Positions 8,814 to 18,356 of a DNA stretch of 64,000 nt are shown here, one piece after another. The notes under the pieces are model-generated. The model saw only the letters and a program-made list of their open reading frames with translations. It did not search any database and had not been told where the DNA came from. How positions within the stretch are numbered: position 1 is the first letter of the stretch; each line of letters starts with the position of its first letter. The stretch is taken from positions 648,679 through 712,678 of the forward strand of contig JBFWJC010000001.1 of assembly GCA_050253415.1 (NCBI GenBank). Direction: 5' to 3'. A program made the position numbers and the translations under genes. Source of the stretch: Pedobacter sp. Its GTDB lineage: Bacteria > Desulfobacterota > Desulfuromonadia > Desulfuromonadales > Syntrophotaleaceae.

Positions 8814-9509
8814 GTGGGCATCAAGGGGTTTCAGGGGACCAGTCTTCTCGATTTTCCCGGTCGCATCGCTTCCCTGGTGTTTTTGGGCGGGTGCAATCTG
8901 AGTTGTCCGTTCTGTCACAATCCCGCCCTTGTTGAGGCACCGGATGATTTGCCGGATTACCCCCTGGAGCCGCTGTTCGAAGAGTTGAAACAGCGCCGGA
9001 ATTTTATCGATGGGGTTGTTATCTCGGGCGGCGAACCGACGCTGTATCCGGAGTTGTTGCCGTTGATGCAGCGCATCAAGTCCATGGGATTGCAGGTCAA
9101 GCTCGACACCAACGGTCTGTTGCCCGAGGTGCTTTCTGATGTGCTGCAACAAGGCCTGGTCGATCTGGTGGCCCTGGACCTGAAAACCTCCCCGGGGCGT
9201 TACCGGGAACTGCACAACCGATCGGTTGACAGTGCGGCGCTGGCACGTAGCGTGGCTTTGTTGCTGCAAGGCTCTGTGGCCTGTGAGTTTCGCACTACCT
9301 GTGTACCTGGGTTGGTGCTGGAAGATGATATCCTGCAGTTGGGCACGCTGTTGCGTGGCGCACAAAGCTGGGTGTTGCAGCAGTTCGTACCGCACTACAG
9401 CCTGGCCGAGTCGTATCGGGTGCTTGAGCCGTATCCGGTCTCTCGCCTGGAAAAATTTGCCGAGCTGGCACGGGAATTTGTTCCGAAGGTGGTATTGCGG
9501 GGCGTTTGA
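8814..9509 (+). CDS. nrdG: Anaerobic RNR activating enzyme (radical SAM)
   Basis: GCNLSCPFCHNP (CxxxCxxC), SGGEPT, KLDTNG; follows nrdD. Confidence 0.92.
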   Translation: MGIKGFQGTSLLDFPGRIASLVFLGGCNLSCPFCHNPALVEAPDDLPDYPLEPLFEELKQRRNFIDGVVISGGEPTLYPELLPLMQRIKSMGLQVKLDTNGLLPEVLSDVLQQGLVDLVALDLKTSPGRYRELHNRSVDSAALARSVALLLQGSVACEFRTTCVPGLVLEDDILQLGTLLRGAQSWVLQQFVPHYSLAESYRVLEPYPVSRLEKFAELAREFVPKVVLRGV

Positions 9510-9591
9510 AAGGCAGCCGTAAGCTATAAGTTGTGATCTTCAAGCTTGGAGCTGAGGGAGCGATGGCGTTCCCCGGGGATTGAATCGTAAT

Positions 9592-9634
9592 AAAACGGGC
9601 CGCGGCAGATTATGTCGCGGCCCGTTGATTTTTT
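9592..9634. terminator. Bidirectional terminator between convergent genes
   Basis: aacgggccgcggca...tgtcgcggcccgtt stem with A/T flanks. Confidence 0.7.
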
Positions 9635-9648
9635 GGGCGGAGGAAAGA

Positions 9649-10431
9649 TCAGTTCTTTTTTGTGGCGGCAAGGTGGGCGCAGCCGATGGCGCCGTTGTGC
9701 TGCGGATGGTCGGGGATGACGATGTCGGCGGAACTGAATTCGCGAAGCAGGGCGACGAAGGCGCCGTTTTTTGCCACCCCGCCGGTGAGCACGATGGTGT
9801 CCTGGGCAAAGCGGGCCAGCATTGGCGCGACGCGCTTGATAAGGGTCTGGTTGACCCCGGCGCACAACGCCTCGAGAGAGTGCCCCTCGATGATTTTTCC
9901 GATCAGTTCGCTTTCGCCGAAGATGCCGCAGGTAGCATCGAGGTACACGGGGTTCTCGTGGTGGCGGGCCAGTTCTTCCAGGGTGATATCCAGAACTTTG
10001 GCCATGTTCTCCAGATAGCGACCGGAAGAAGCGGCGCATTTGTCGTTCATGAGAAAGTCGATAAGGATTCCGTCTTCCAGTCGGGCGACCTTGCTGTCCT
10101 GACCGCCGAGATCGAGCAGGGTGAAGGTTTCCATCCCGGTCTGGAACCGTGCGCCGGCAATATGAGCCTGGATTTCGGGGACTACGTTGGCGCCGGCCAG
10201 GTTGATGGTGTTGCGACCATAGCCGGTGGCGGTCAGCGGCGTGGTCTGCCATTGCTCCATGGTCAGCAGACCCAGGTCCTCGTAAGCCAGTAGGAGCCGG
10301 TCACCTTGACGGGTGGCGTAGCGTTTGTAAAAGGGGATAGTGTCGAAGCTTTCCAGCTTGGTTATGTTGCTACCGTCGAGAGCGGCGAACTTAACCTGAC
10401 GGCTGCCAAGATCGATGCCTATGCCGGTCAT
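9649..10431 (-). CDS. Acyl-CoA dehydratase activase (HgdC/BadF-BcrAD ASKHA ATPase)
   Basis: GIDLGS, TATGYGR, LDLGGQDSK, MNDKCAASSGRYLE, TCGIFGESE. Confidence 0.9.
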   Translation of the reverse strand: MTGIGIDLGSRQVKFAALDGSNITKLESFDTIPFYKRYATRQGDRLLLAYEDLGLLTMEQWQTTPLTATGYGRNTINLAGANVVPEIQAHIAGARFQTGMETFTLLDLGGQDSKVARLEDGILIDFLMNDKCAASSGRYLENMAKVLDITLEELARHHENPVYLDATCGIFGESELIGKIIEGHSLEALCAGVNQTLIKRVAPMLARFAQDTIVLTGGVAKNGAFVALLREFSSADIVIPDHPQHNGAIGCAHLAATKKN

Positions 10432-11411
10432 GGCCGCCTCGCTTTGATCATCTCGACAAATCCTTCCAGTCGGATGCGGGTGCGTGCATCGAGTGGGCCG
10501 GGTCTGTCCCCCTCGAGGGTCAGGATAGGCAGGTGGCGCAGGCGGCGGCGCACGATAAGGTCCTCGATCTGGCGAAAACAGAACGATTGAACGTAGTGTA
10601 TAACCCCGTCGATGCGGCGCTGTTCAATTTCCTTTTCGATGTCGTCCAGCCGCACGAAGACGTCGTAAGGGTAGGTGTAGCGCTGGTATTGTTCGACCAG
10701 CGACGCCACCTGGTAGGGCATGGAGAACTGCCTCTGGGTTTCGTTGAATACCACGCGTCCGCCCAGTTCTTCAATCACGGTATAGATATCGGTAAAGATC
10801 GGCGGTACGCCGATGTACGCCAGGCGTAGCCCATCCGGCAGGGGATCGCGTTGCCGCGCTTGGTCCAGAAAGGCGTCGGCCTGTTCTGCGAAGGTTTGTG
10901 GATCGCCGTTCATATCGGAGGTGCAGACCTGCCAATAGTGATTTTCCGTGCCGGTAACGCGATTCTCCTCCCAGGTCAGGCGGTCGATTTCATGCACCCG
11001 GGCGCGGATGGCGTTAAGCTGCTGCCAGGCTTGATGGGTTTGCTCCGGAGTGACGCCGAAATGGGCTGTCAGCTTGGCAATTTCATGCTCCAGGCTGGTC
11101 CGGGACCTGTCGTAGGGGTAGGCGAACGGGATGGTGGTGATGCCCTGCAGTTGCAGAACCTCCATCAAGGCCTTGGTATTCGAGCAATCCCCTTCGGTGA
11201 CGGCGATGATCTCACGTATGCCGTGGCGCAAGGCCGCGCTATAAAGCCCCTTGATCCAGCCGCAGCAATTGCGCGGGAACCCGGCCATTTCCGCCTCATC
11301 GATGAGATTCTGGCAGGCAGGATCGGTGATGAAAATATTATTCAGGTCAACGGGGCGCTTGCCTGCCGCAACCACGATTTCGAGGGGGATAGTAGTGGTG
11401 AATCCGACCAT
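10428..11411 (-). CDS. 2-hydroxyacyl-CoA dehydratase subunit D family protein
   Basis: NCCGWIK, GDCSNT, IDGVIHYVQSFCFR, TRIRLEGFVEM; 4-bp overlap with the activase gene. Confidence 0.85.
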   Translation of the reverse strand: MVGFTTTIPLEIVVAAGKRPVDLNNIFITDPACQNLIDEAEMAGFPRNCCGWIKGLYSAALRHGIREIIAVTEGDCSNTKALMEVLQLQGITTIPFAYPYDRSRTSLEHEIAKLTAHFGVTPEQTHQAWQQLNAIRARVHEIDRLTWEENRVTGTENHYWQVCTSDMNGDPQTFAEQADAFLDQARQRDPLPDGLRLAYIGVPPIFTDIYTVIEELGGRVVFNETQRQFSMPYQVASLVEQYQRYTYPYDVFVRLDDIEKEIEQRRIDGVIHYVQSFCFRQIEDLIVRRRLRHLPILTLEGDRPGPLDARTRIRLEGFVEMIKARRP

Positions 11412-11434
11412 ATGGGAATGCTTTGAAAAGTCCG

Positions 11435-11767
11435 TTAGTCCTGTCGTAGGAACAGGTAGTAAATAAAAACGAAGACCAGAATGGCCCCACCTCCGGCGAA
11501 AACCAGAACCGGCTCGCTGCCGACGGTTGAGATGGACGGTTTTTTCTGCAGGGTGTAATCGATAACGCAGGCGTATCCCACCGTAGTGAGCAGCATAAAC
11601 AACAGCGCCTGTCGTTTCAGAATAATGGACACCAGGCAGATGACGCCGAGTACAGTCAAAAACCAGGGGTTGTAAATCAGGTCGCCAAGATTAGCATTGC
11701 GTAGAGTCTCCATGAGGTGCTCTGTGCGCAACGGTTCCAGAAAATCCTTGACTGTTGAAAGGTCCAT
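11435..11767 (-). CDS. Small membrane protein (about 3 TM)
   Basis: Hydrophobic segments; co-oriented just upstream of the dehydratase genes. Confidence 0.7.
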   Translation of the reverse strand: MDLSTVKDFLEPLRTEHLMETLRNANLGDLIYNPWFLTVLGVICLVSIILKRQALLFMLLTTVGYACVIDYTLQKKPSISTVGSEPVLVFAGGGAILVFVFIYYLFLRQD

Positions 11768-11944
11768 AGGCGGTTATCCTTTTCCAGGCCTACCAGGAAC
11801 TCCACGGTTTAAAGATCGAACACTCAATATACCAGAGGCCTTGCCTAATCCAAAGCTTAAAATGGTGATGCATCTTGACTTTACGTTTGGGTTGAACCTA
11901 GTATACCCCTTTTTGGATACAGTCTCGCGGAGAGGGGAAAAGGG

Positions 11945-12745
11945 TTGCCGGATCGGGCTATTGGAGTGTTTGATTCAGGGGTCGGGGGTCTTACGGTTCT
12001 CAAGGAGATCCAGCGCCTGTTGCCGGGGGAAGAACTTCTCTATCTCGGAGATACGGCTCGCGTGCCTTATGGTACCAAAAGCCCCGCGACGGTAAGGCGT
12101 TACGCCATGGAAGCGGCCGCTTTTTTAACCCAGCGCAGAGTCAAGATGCTGGTTGTTGCGTGCAATACCGCCTCTTCGGTGGCATTGCTCGAACTGGAAA
12201 ACTGCTTTCAAATGCCGGTTATCGGTGTCATTGAACCCGGTGCCAGGCGGGCCGTGTCGGTCACGCGTACCGGCTGTATCGGCGTAATCGGTACCGAGGG
12301 CACTATCAAGAGCGGGGCCTATACCCTTGCTATCAAGCAATTGGCCCCCGATGCAGATGTGGTGGGGGTGGCTTGTCCCTTGTTTGTGCCACTGGTGGAG
12401 GAAGGGTGGCTCGATCACCCTGTAACCCGCCTCACTGCCGAGGAGTACCTCAGGCCCTTGCGAAAGCATGGGATCGATACTTTGGTGCTCGGTTGTACCC
12501 ATTATCCGCTGCTCAAGAATGTTCTGCAGGAGGTTTTGGGACCGGAAGTTGTTCTGATCGATTCGGCAGAAGAAACCGCCTTTGCCGTGGCTACAAGGTT
12601 GCAGGGACGTAGTCAGTTGCGCCCGGTCAGGCCAGCGGTGCCTTCGCAGTTTTTTGTTACCGATGTACCCGAACGCTTTCAGCGGGTCGGCGGGGAATTC
12701 CTCGGCCATCTGCTGACCGGGGTGGAACAGGTCTCTATCGATTAA
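11945..12745 (+). CDS. murI: Glutamate racemase
   Basis: FDSGVGGLTV, VACNTAS, LGCTHYP. Confidence 0.97.
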   Translation: MPDRAIGVFDSGVGGLTVLKEIQRLLPGEELLYLGDTARVPYGTKSPATVRRYAMEAAAFLTQRRVKMLVVACNTASSVALLELENCFQMPVIGVIEPGARRAVSVTRTGCIGVIGTEGTIKSGAYTLAIKQLAPDADVVGVACPLFVPLVEEGWLDHPVTRLTAEEYLRPLRKHGIDTLVLGCTHYPLLKNVLQEVLGPEVVLIDSAEETAFAVATRLQGRSQLRPVRPAVPSQFFVTDVPERFQRVGGEFLGHLLTGVEQVSID

Positions 12746-12795
12746 GGCAGAGCACCCGGCGTGTCAGCGGGTAGACCTGTCGTGGAGCAAATGAC

Positions 12796-13389
12796 ATGAA
12801 AAAATCTTCCAGTCGGTATCTGATTCCGATTTCGATCCTTATACTGCTGGCGGCCGGCCTGTTCACTTATCGTATCCTGCAACGGCAACCGCAGGTGGAG
12901 CAGGATACGTCCGGTACGGCAGAGGTTTTACCGCAAAGGGAAGTGCTCCTGTATTTCGCCAGTCAAGACGGATTTAGTCTGATTACCGAAGCGCGCGAGG
13001 TGCCTGAGGCCGAGGAAGAACAACTGGTGATGGAAATCATTCAAGCCCTTGCAGCCGGTTCGCATGCCTCGCTGAGTCCGATTCTGCCACCGGGGGTTCG
13101 CCTTCTCGGCTACAGCCAGCAAGAGGGGATCGCCACCCTCGATTTCAGCAAAGAGCTGGTCGCCGCGCATCCGGGCGGAAGCATGTCGGAGCTGCTGACT
13201 GTATATGGACTGGTCAACACCCTGGCCGTCAATTTCCCACATATTCGCAAGGTGCGTATTCTGGTTGAAGAACAGCCGGTGGAAACCCTCAAAGGGCATG
13301 TCGACCTGCGCCAGCCGATTGCCGCCGATTTTCGTTTTGCCCGCCCGTCCACCGAGGATGAGGCTTCGACCCTACAGGAGAACCCATAG
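12796..13389 (+). CDS. GerMN domain protein
   Basis: N-terminal TM; LYF, LDFSKEL, GGSMSELLTVYGLVNTL, TLKGHVDL; typical murI neighbour. Confidence 0.85.
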   Translation: MKKSSSRYLIPISILILLAAGLFTYRILQRQPQVEQDTSGTAEVLPQREVLLYFASQDGFSLITEAREVPEAEEEQLVMEIIQALAAGSHASLSPILPPGVRLLGYSQQEGIATLDFSKELVAAHPGGSMSELLTVYGLVNTLAVNFPHIRKVRILVEEQPVETLKGHVDLRQPIAADFRFARPSTEDEASTLQENP

Positions 13390-13390
13390 C

Positions 13391-15796
13391 ATGGCCGACT
13401 TCATCGCCGCAATCAAGGAACGCGTACTGGTGCTGGATGGCGCCATGGGGACCATGCTTCAGGAACGCGGACTCAAAGCCGGTGGTTGCCCTGAAGAAAT
13501 GAACCTGACGGCACCAGAGGTGGTGGAGGCTGTGCACCGCGAGTATGTCGAGGCCGGTGCCGATATTATTGTCACCAACAGTTTTGGCGGCAGCCGCTTG
13601 AAGCTGGCCCATTACGGTCTTGAACAGCAGGTTCATGAAATCAACGTCCGTTCCGTGGAACTGGCCCGGCGCGCCGCCGGTCCGGATCGTTTTGTCGCCG
13701 CGTCCATTGGACCTACCGGCCGTTTTTTGCGGCCAGTGGGGGACGCGGATTTCGATGAAATGGTGGAGGTGTTTGGCGAGCAGGTGCGCGCTTTTGCCGA
13801 GGCCGGTGCCGACCTCATCACCATGGAAACCTTCCTGGATATCGCTGAACTGCGGGCGGCGGTGATCGCCTGCCGTGAATTTTCCAACCTTCCGATCATG
13901 GCTCTGATGACCTTTGAGAATGAAGGACGCAGCGTGCTCGGTACCTCGCCGGAAGCCGCAGCCGTGACCCTTGAGGCTCTTGGTGTGTCGGTGGTCGGAA
14001 CCAATTGCGGGTTGGGGGTGGAGGGGATTTACCAGATGCTGGCGCGCATGCGCAATGTCTGTGCGATTCCTCTGATTGCCCAACCCAATGCCGGCTTGCC
14101 CCAGCTCATCGACGGCCAGACCGTATTCAATGCAACCCCTGAAGACATGGTGGTCTATCATCAGCGTCTGCTGGATATCGGCGTGCGGGTGATTGGCGGC
14201 TGCTGCGGAACCACTCCGGCCCACATTCGGGCCATGCAGCAGGCGCTGCAGGGGATGCCGCAGGAATGGACCCCGCCGGCCCGGCGTTGCCTGCTGTCCA
14301 GTCGTACCGAGGTGGCCGAAATCGGCGGACAAGCTGCCTGTGCCATCATCGGTGAGCGCATCAATCCCACCGGCCGCAAGGCTTATGCTCAAGAGTTGCG
14401 TGAAGGCAAAACGGCCTATATCCGGCGCGAGGCCCAGGCCCAGGTGGCGGCCGGTGCCCACTTGCTGGATATCAACTGCGGTGCTCCCGGTGTTGACGAA
14501 CCGGCATCGCTGGAGCGTGCCGTGCTGGCCGTTGCAGGCGTGACGCAAGTGCCGCTGGTGCTTGATTCTTCCGATCCGGCGGCTTTGGAGCGGGGCCTGA
14601 AAGTGGCCGATGGCAAAGTGCTGATCAATTCCGTGTCCGGTGAGGAAAAGAGTCTCAAGGGCATTCTGCCGCTGGCCAAAAAATATGGCGCGGCGGTCAT
14701 AGCCCTGGCCCTGGATGGCTCGGGAATCCCCGAAACCGCCGAAGAGCGACTGACGGTGGCACGGCGTATCCGCGATGCGGCCCTGGCGGCCGGCCTGGCG
14801 CCCGAAGACATCGTGGTCGATTGCCTGACTCTGACCGTTTCGGCCGAGCAGAAGCGCGCCATGGAAACCATTCGCACCCTGCGCCTGGTCCGCGATGAAC
14901 TCGGTCTGCCGACAGCCCTGGGGGTCAGCAATATTTCATTCGGTCTGCCGTGCCGACCGGTTCTGTCCTCGGTGTTTTTTGCCATGGCTCTGGATGCCGG
15001 CTTGTCGGCCGCCATTATCAATCCCCGTGATGAACGCATGATGGATGCCTATCGGGCCGCCATGGTGCTGTTGGGCAAAGATGTGCGGGCTGAAAGTTAT
15101 ATCGCCGCATATGCCGATATTGCCGCCGCACCGGTCGCTACGGATCCGAATGCCGCACCGGCGGGGATCCGCGAACGGTTGGCTGCCGCCATTATCGAAG
15201 GGGATAAGGACGGTGTGGTCGCCCTGGTTGAGCAGGCGCTGGGTGAAGGGCTGGATACCGCGACGATCAGCAACGAAGGACTGCTCCCCGGGCTGGAGGA
15301 GGTCGGGCGGCGTTTCGGTGAAAATCGCATCTTCCTGCCGCAGGTCATGCAGTCTGCGGAAACCATGCAAACAGCTTTCGCCCGTCTCAAACAGGAGATG
15401 CAGGGAGGCTCCTTTGCCTCTTTAGGGCGGATCCTGATGGCGACCGTTGAGGGAGATATTCACGATATCGGCAAAAATATCGTCTGTACCCTGCTGGAAA
15501 ACCACGGTTTCGAAGTCATCGACCTGGGCAAAAACGTATCGGCCGACCGTATTGTGGAACAGGCTGTGACCCTTAAAGTCGATGCGGTGGGCCTGTCCGC
15601 TTTGATGACCACCACCATCGAGCAGATGCGGGTGACCGTCGACAGGTTGCGCGAGGCCGGCGTCAAGGTCTTCACCATGGTCGGCGGGGCCGTCGTCACC
15701 CAGGAATACGCCGATGAAATCGGTGCCGATATGTACGCCGCCGATGCCCTGGAGGCGGTTGCAAAAGCGAAAAAACTGCTTGCGCCGGGGCACTGA
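13391..15796 (+). CDS. metH: Cobalamin-dependent methionine synthase core (homocysteine, pterin and B12 domains; no AdoMet reactivation domain)
   Basis: LDGAMGTML, GGCCGTTP, IGERINPTG, GDIHDIGKN, SALMTTT; ends right after the B12 domain; ATG at 13391. Confidence 0.93.
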   Translation: MADFIAAIKERVLVLDGAMGTMLQERGLKAGGCPEEMNLTAPEVVEAVHREYVEAGADIIVTNSFGGSRLKLAHYGLEQQVHEINVRSVELARRAAGPDRFVAASIGPTGRFLRPVGDADFDEMVEVFGEQVRAFAEAGADLITMETFLDIAELRAAVIACREFSNLPIMALMTFENEGRSVLGTSPEAAAVTLEALGVSVVGTNCGLGVEGIYQMLARMRNVCAIPLIAQPNAGLPQLIDGQTVFNATPEDMVVYHQRLLDIGVRVIGGCCGTTPAHIRAMQQALQGMPQEWTPPARRCLLSSRTEVAEIGGQAACAIIGERINPTGRKAYAQELREGKTAYIRREAQAQVAAGAHLLDINCGAPGVDEPASLERAVLAVAGVTQVPLVLDSSDPAALERGLKVADGKVLINSVSGEEKSLKGILPLAKKYGAAVIALALDGSGIPETAEERLTVARRIRDAALAAGLAPEDIVVDCLTLTVSAEQKRAMETIRTLRLVRDELGLPTALGVSNISFGLPCRPVLSSVFFAMALDAGLSAAIINPRDERMMDAYRAAMVLLGKDVRAESYIAAYADIAAAPVATDPNAAPAGIRERLAAAIIEGDKDGVVALVEQALGEGLDTATISNEGLLPGLEEVGRRFGENRIFLPQVMQSAETMQTAFARLKQEMQGGSFASLGRILMATVEGDIHDIGKNIVCTLLENHGFEVIDLGKNVSADRIVEQAVTLKVDAVGLSALMTTTIEQMRVTVDRLREAGVKVFTMVGGAVVTQEYADEIGADMYAADALEAVAKAKKLLAPGH

Positions 15797-15883
15797 TCAG
15801 GCTTCGAGGCTATTGCACCGAAACACCGGCTGTGATAACTATAGGCGGCCGTTTCCCCAGTCCGGGCGATACGCGAGGAATCC

Positions 15884-16330
15884 ATGGTAGGTGGATACAA
15901 TCATAATTTTCGTTATAAAGGGCGCGTGTTTCACGTCCAGACCGAGGACGGCGGATCCAAAAGCCCTCAGATAGTGACTCTGCTGTATGAAGGCGGCACG
16001 ATCCTGGCGTCCTGCAAGAGCACTTATGCGGATCTGTTGGGTAAGGAAGACCATCGGCAACAGGTCGAGCAACGTATGAAAGCCCAGCATAAAGAGATGC
16101 TGCGGCGTCTGCGGGACGGCGAGCTGGATGCCAAGGCCGGTTTTGCCACCGTTTCCGATGCACAACCCGACGCCCCCTCCTGCTCACCTTCCGGCGCTTC
16201 AGGGATTTTAAATCAAAATCAACATGTGGATGTTCCCGCGGCCGATGTAGAGCCGCCGGAGGCTGGCTCTCTGGACGAACTGGTGTTCGCCTATCTGGCC
16301 GGCAACGACCCTCGCTATAAAAAATCGTAA
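15884..16330 (+). CDS. Hypothetical protein
   Basis: RBS gagga; GYNHNFRYKGRVFHVQTED N-terminal domain; in-operon orientation. Confidence 0.75.
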   Translation: MVGGYNHNFRYKGRVFHVQTEDGGSKSPQIVTLLYEGGTILASCKSTYADLLGKEDHRQQVEQRMKAQHKEMLRRLRDGELDAKAGFATVSDAQPDAPSCSPSGASGILNQNQHVDVPAADVEPPEAGSLDELVFAYLAGNDPRYKKS

Positions 16331-16417
16331 TCGCCTGCCCGTTGGTGGCGTTGGCCGATACCTCGGCCTGCGTTGCGCGACGGGTCTGATTTTTTCAGGA
16401 AAGGAAAAGTAGTAACG

Positions 16418-17242
16418 ATGTTGACCGAACAAAAAGTCCAGGAACTCGCGCAGACAGCTCGGGAGTTGCGTGTGGACATTCTCAAAATGCTGCATCAGTC
16501 ACAATCCGGGCATACCGGAGGCAGTTTGTCGGCCATTGATATCATGGCCGTGCTGTTTTTCCACCAGATGAAGCATGATGCGACCTGCCCCGACTGGTCG
16601 GAGCGTGACCGTTTCGTTTTGTCCAAAGGGCACGCCGCACCTGCTCTTTATGCCTGCCTGGCGCGTGCCGGTTACTTCCCCAAGGAAGACCTCGCCACCC
16701 TGCGTCAGCTCGGCAGCCATCTGCAGGGACACCCGGACATGCGCAAGACTCCCGGTGTTGAAGTATGTACCGGTTCCCTCGGTCAGGGGCTGTCGCAAGC
16801 TGTTGGTCTGGCGTTGGCCAATAAAGTTTCCGGACGCACATCGCGCGTTTTTGCTCTTCTGGGAGATGGCGAGTTGCAGGAAGGGCAGATCTGGGAAGCG
16901 GTCATGAGTGCCGCCCATTTCCAGCTCTCCAATTTGTGTATTGTGGTCGATTGTAACGGTCTGCAAATCGATGGCTTTACCGAAGATGTGATGAATGTAG
17001 GGCCCGTTGCGGCCAAGTTCGCCGCCTTCAACATGCATGTCATTGAGGCCGACGGACATGACGTCAACTCTTTGGGACAAGCTTTTGCCGCCGCCGAGGT
17101 GTCCGAGCGACCGGTCGTGATTGTTGCCAAGACCATCAAGGGAAAAGGCGTTTCGATTTTTGAAAACAAAGCCAAATACCACGGTCTGGCACCGAGCGAC
17201 GAAGAACTGCAGGTTTCCCTGCAGGTACTGGGGGCGCTGTAG
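16418..17242 (+). CDS. Transketolase, N-terminal (TPP-binding) subunit
   Basis: SGHTGGSLS, DRFVLSKGH, GSLGQG, GDGELQEG. Confidence 0.95.
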   Translation: MLTEQKVQELAQTARELRVDILKMLHQSQSGHTGGSLSAIDIMAVLFFHQMKHDATCPDWSERDRFVLSKGHAAPALYACLARAGYFPKEDLATLRQLGSHLQGHPDMRKTPGVEVCTGSLGQGLSQAVGLALANKVSGRTSRVFALLGDGELQEGQIWEAVMSAAHFQLSNLCIVVDCNGLQIDGFTEDVMNVGPVAAKFAAFNMHVIEADGHDVNSLGQAFAAAEVSERPVVIVAKTIKGKGVSIFENKAKYHGLAPSDEELQVSLQVLGAL

Positions 17243-17384
17243 TCCGGATTATGCTTGAAGCCTTTGGCGCTGTGTGCCAAGGGCGTCAACCATGCTTCAT
17301 GGACAAACAGACCCAAGGTGATGTTGCTACCGATATGATGCCCGCTATGGCTGCGGGCTTGCTAAACAGAAAGCGAATGACGCA

Positions 17385-18320
17385 ATGATTGCAACCAGAG
17401 ATGCATACGGCAAGGCTCTGTTGGAGCTTGGCCGCCAGAATCCGAAAATCGTCGCCCTGGACGCTGACCTGTCTGGTTCGACCAAGACTGCCCAGTTCGG
17501 CAAGGAATTTCCTGAGCGGTTTTTCAACGCCGGTATTGCCGAGGCCAATATGGTCGGCATGGCTGCCGGATTGGCTGCCGGCGGTATGATCCCCTTTGCC
17601 TCGACCTTTGCAGTGTTTGCAGCGGGACGGGCCTTTGAGCAGATTCGTCAGTCGTTGGCGTATCCGCGTATGAATGTCAAGGTGGTCGCTACCCATGGCG
17701 GCATCACTGTCGGTGAAGATGGCGGTTCCCATCAGTCGATAGAGGATCTTGCCATTATGCGCTCTTTGCCCAACATGACCGTGCTGTGTCCGGCAGACGG
17801 CCCCGAAACGGCTGCCGCCATCTGCGCCGCCGCGGCATTTGAAGGCCCGGTTTATATTCGTCTGGGCCGCGGCAAGGTACCTGTGGTCTTCCCTGATGAT
17901 TGTTCTTTTGAAATCGGCAAAGGGGTGACTCTGCGGGAAGGTAAAGACGTTACCCTGATAGGGACCGGTCTGATGACGTCCATGGCATTGGAAGCGGCCG
18001 AGGAACTGGCCGGCAAGGGGATCGATGCGCGGGTACTGCACATCGGCAGTATCAAACCCCTGGATGAGGCTCTGGTGCTGAAGGCTGCCCGGGAAACCGG
18101 CGCCATCGTCACCGCCGAAGAACATTCGGTGATCGGCGGTCTCGGCGGCGCGGTATGCGAGTGTCTGGCAGAAGGTTGCCCGACCCCCGTGGAGCGGGTC
18201 GGCATGCGCGATGTGTTTGGCCAATCCGGTCCCGCGGATAAGCTGCTGGAATATTACGGTCTCACCGCCGACAAGTTGGTAGAAGCTGCCGAGCGCGTGC
18301 TGCAGCGTAAAGTCCGATAA
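17385..18320 (+). CDS. Transketolase, C-terminal subunit
   Basis: DADLSGST, GIAEANM, GEDGGSHQ, EEHSVIGGLG. Confidence 0.95.
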   Translation: MIATRDAYGKALLELGRQNPKIVALDADLSGSTKTAQFGKEFPERFFNAGIAEANMVGMAAGLAAGGMIPFASTFAVFAAGRAFEQIRQSLAYPRMNVKVVATHGGITVGEDGGSHQSIEDLAIMRSLPNMTVLCPADGPETAAAICAAAAFEGPVYIRLGRGKVPVVFPDDCSFEIGKGVTLREGKDVTLIGTGLMTSMALEAAEELAGKGIDARVLHIGSIKPLDEALVLKAARETGAIVTAEEHSVIGGLGGAVCECLAEGCPTPVERVGMRDVFGQSGPADKLLEYYGLTADKLVEAAERVLQRKVR

Positions 18321-18356
18321 TTCGTTTTGAGCCGTATACCAAGACAGGAAGAACCG

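Noticed and set aside
16418..18320. Split transketolase as a novelty or pseudogene
   Set aside because: Two-subunit transketolases are common in anaerobes and archaea, and both halves are intact
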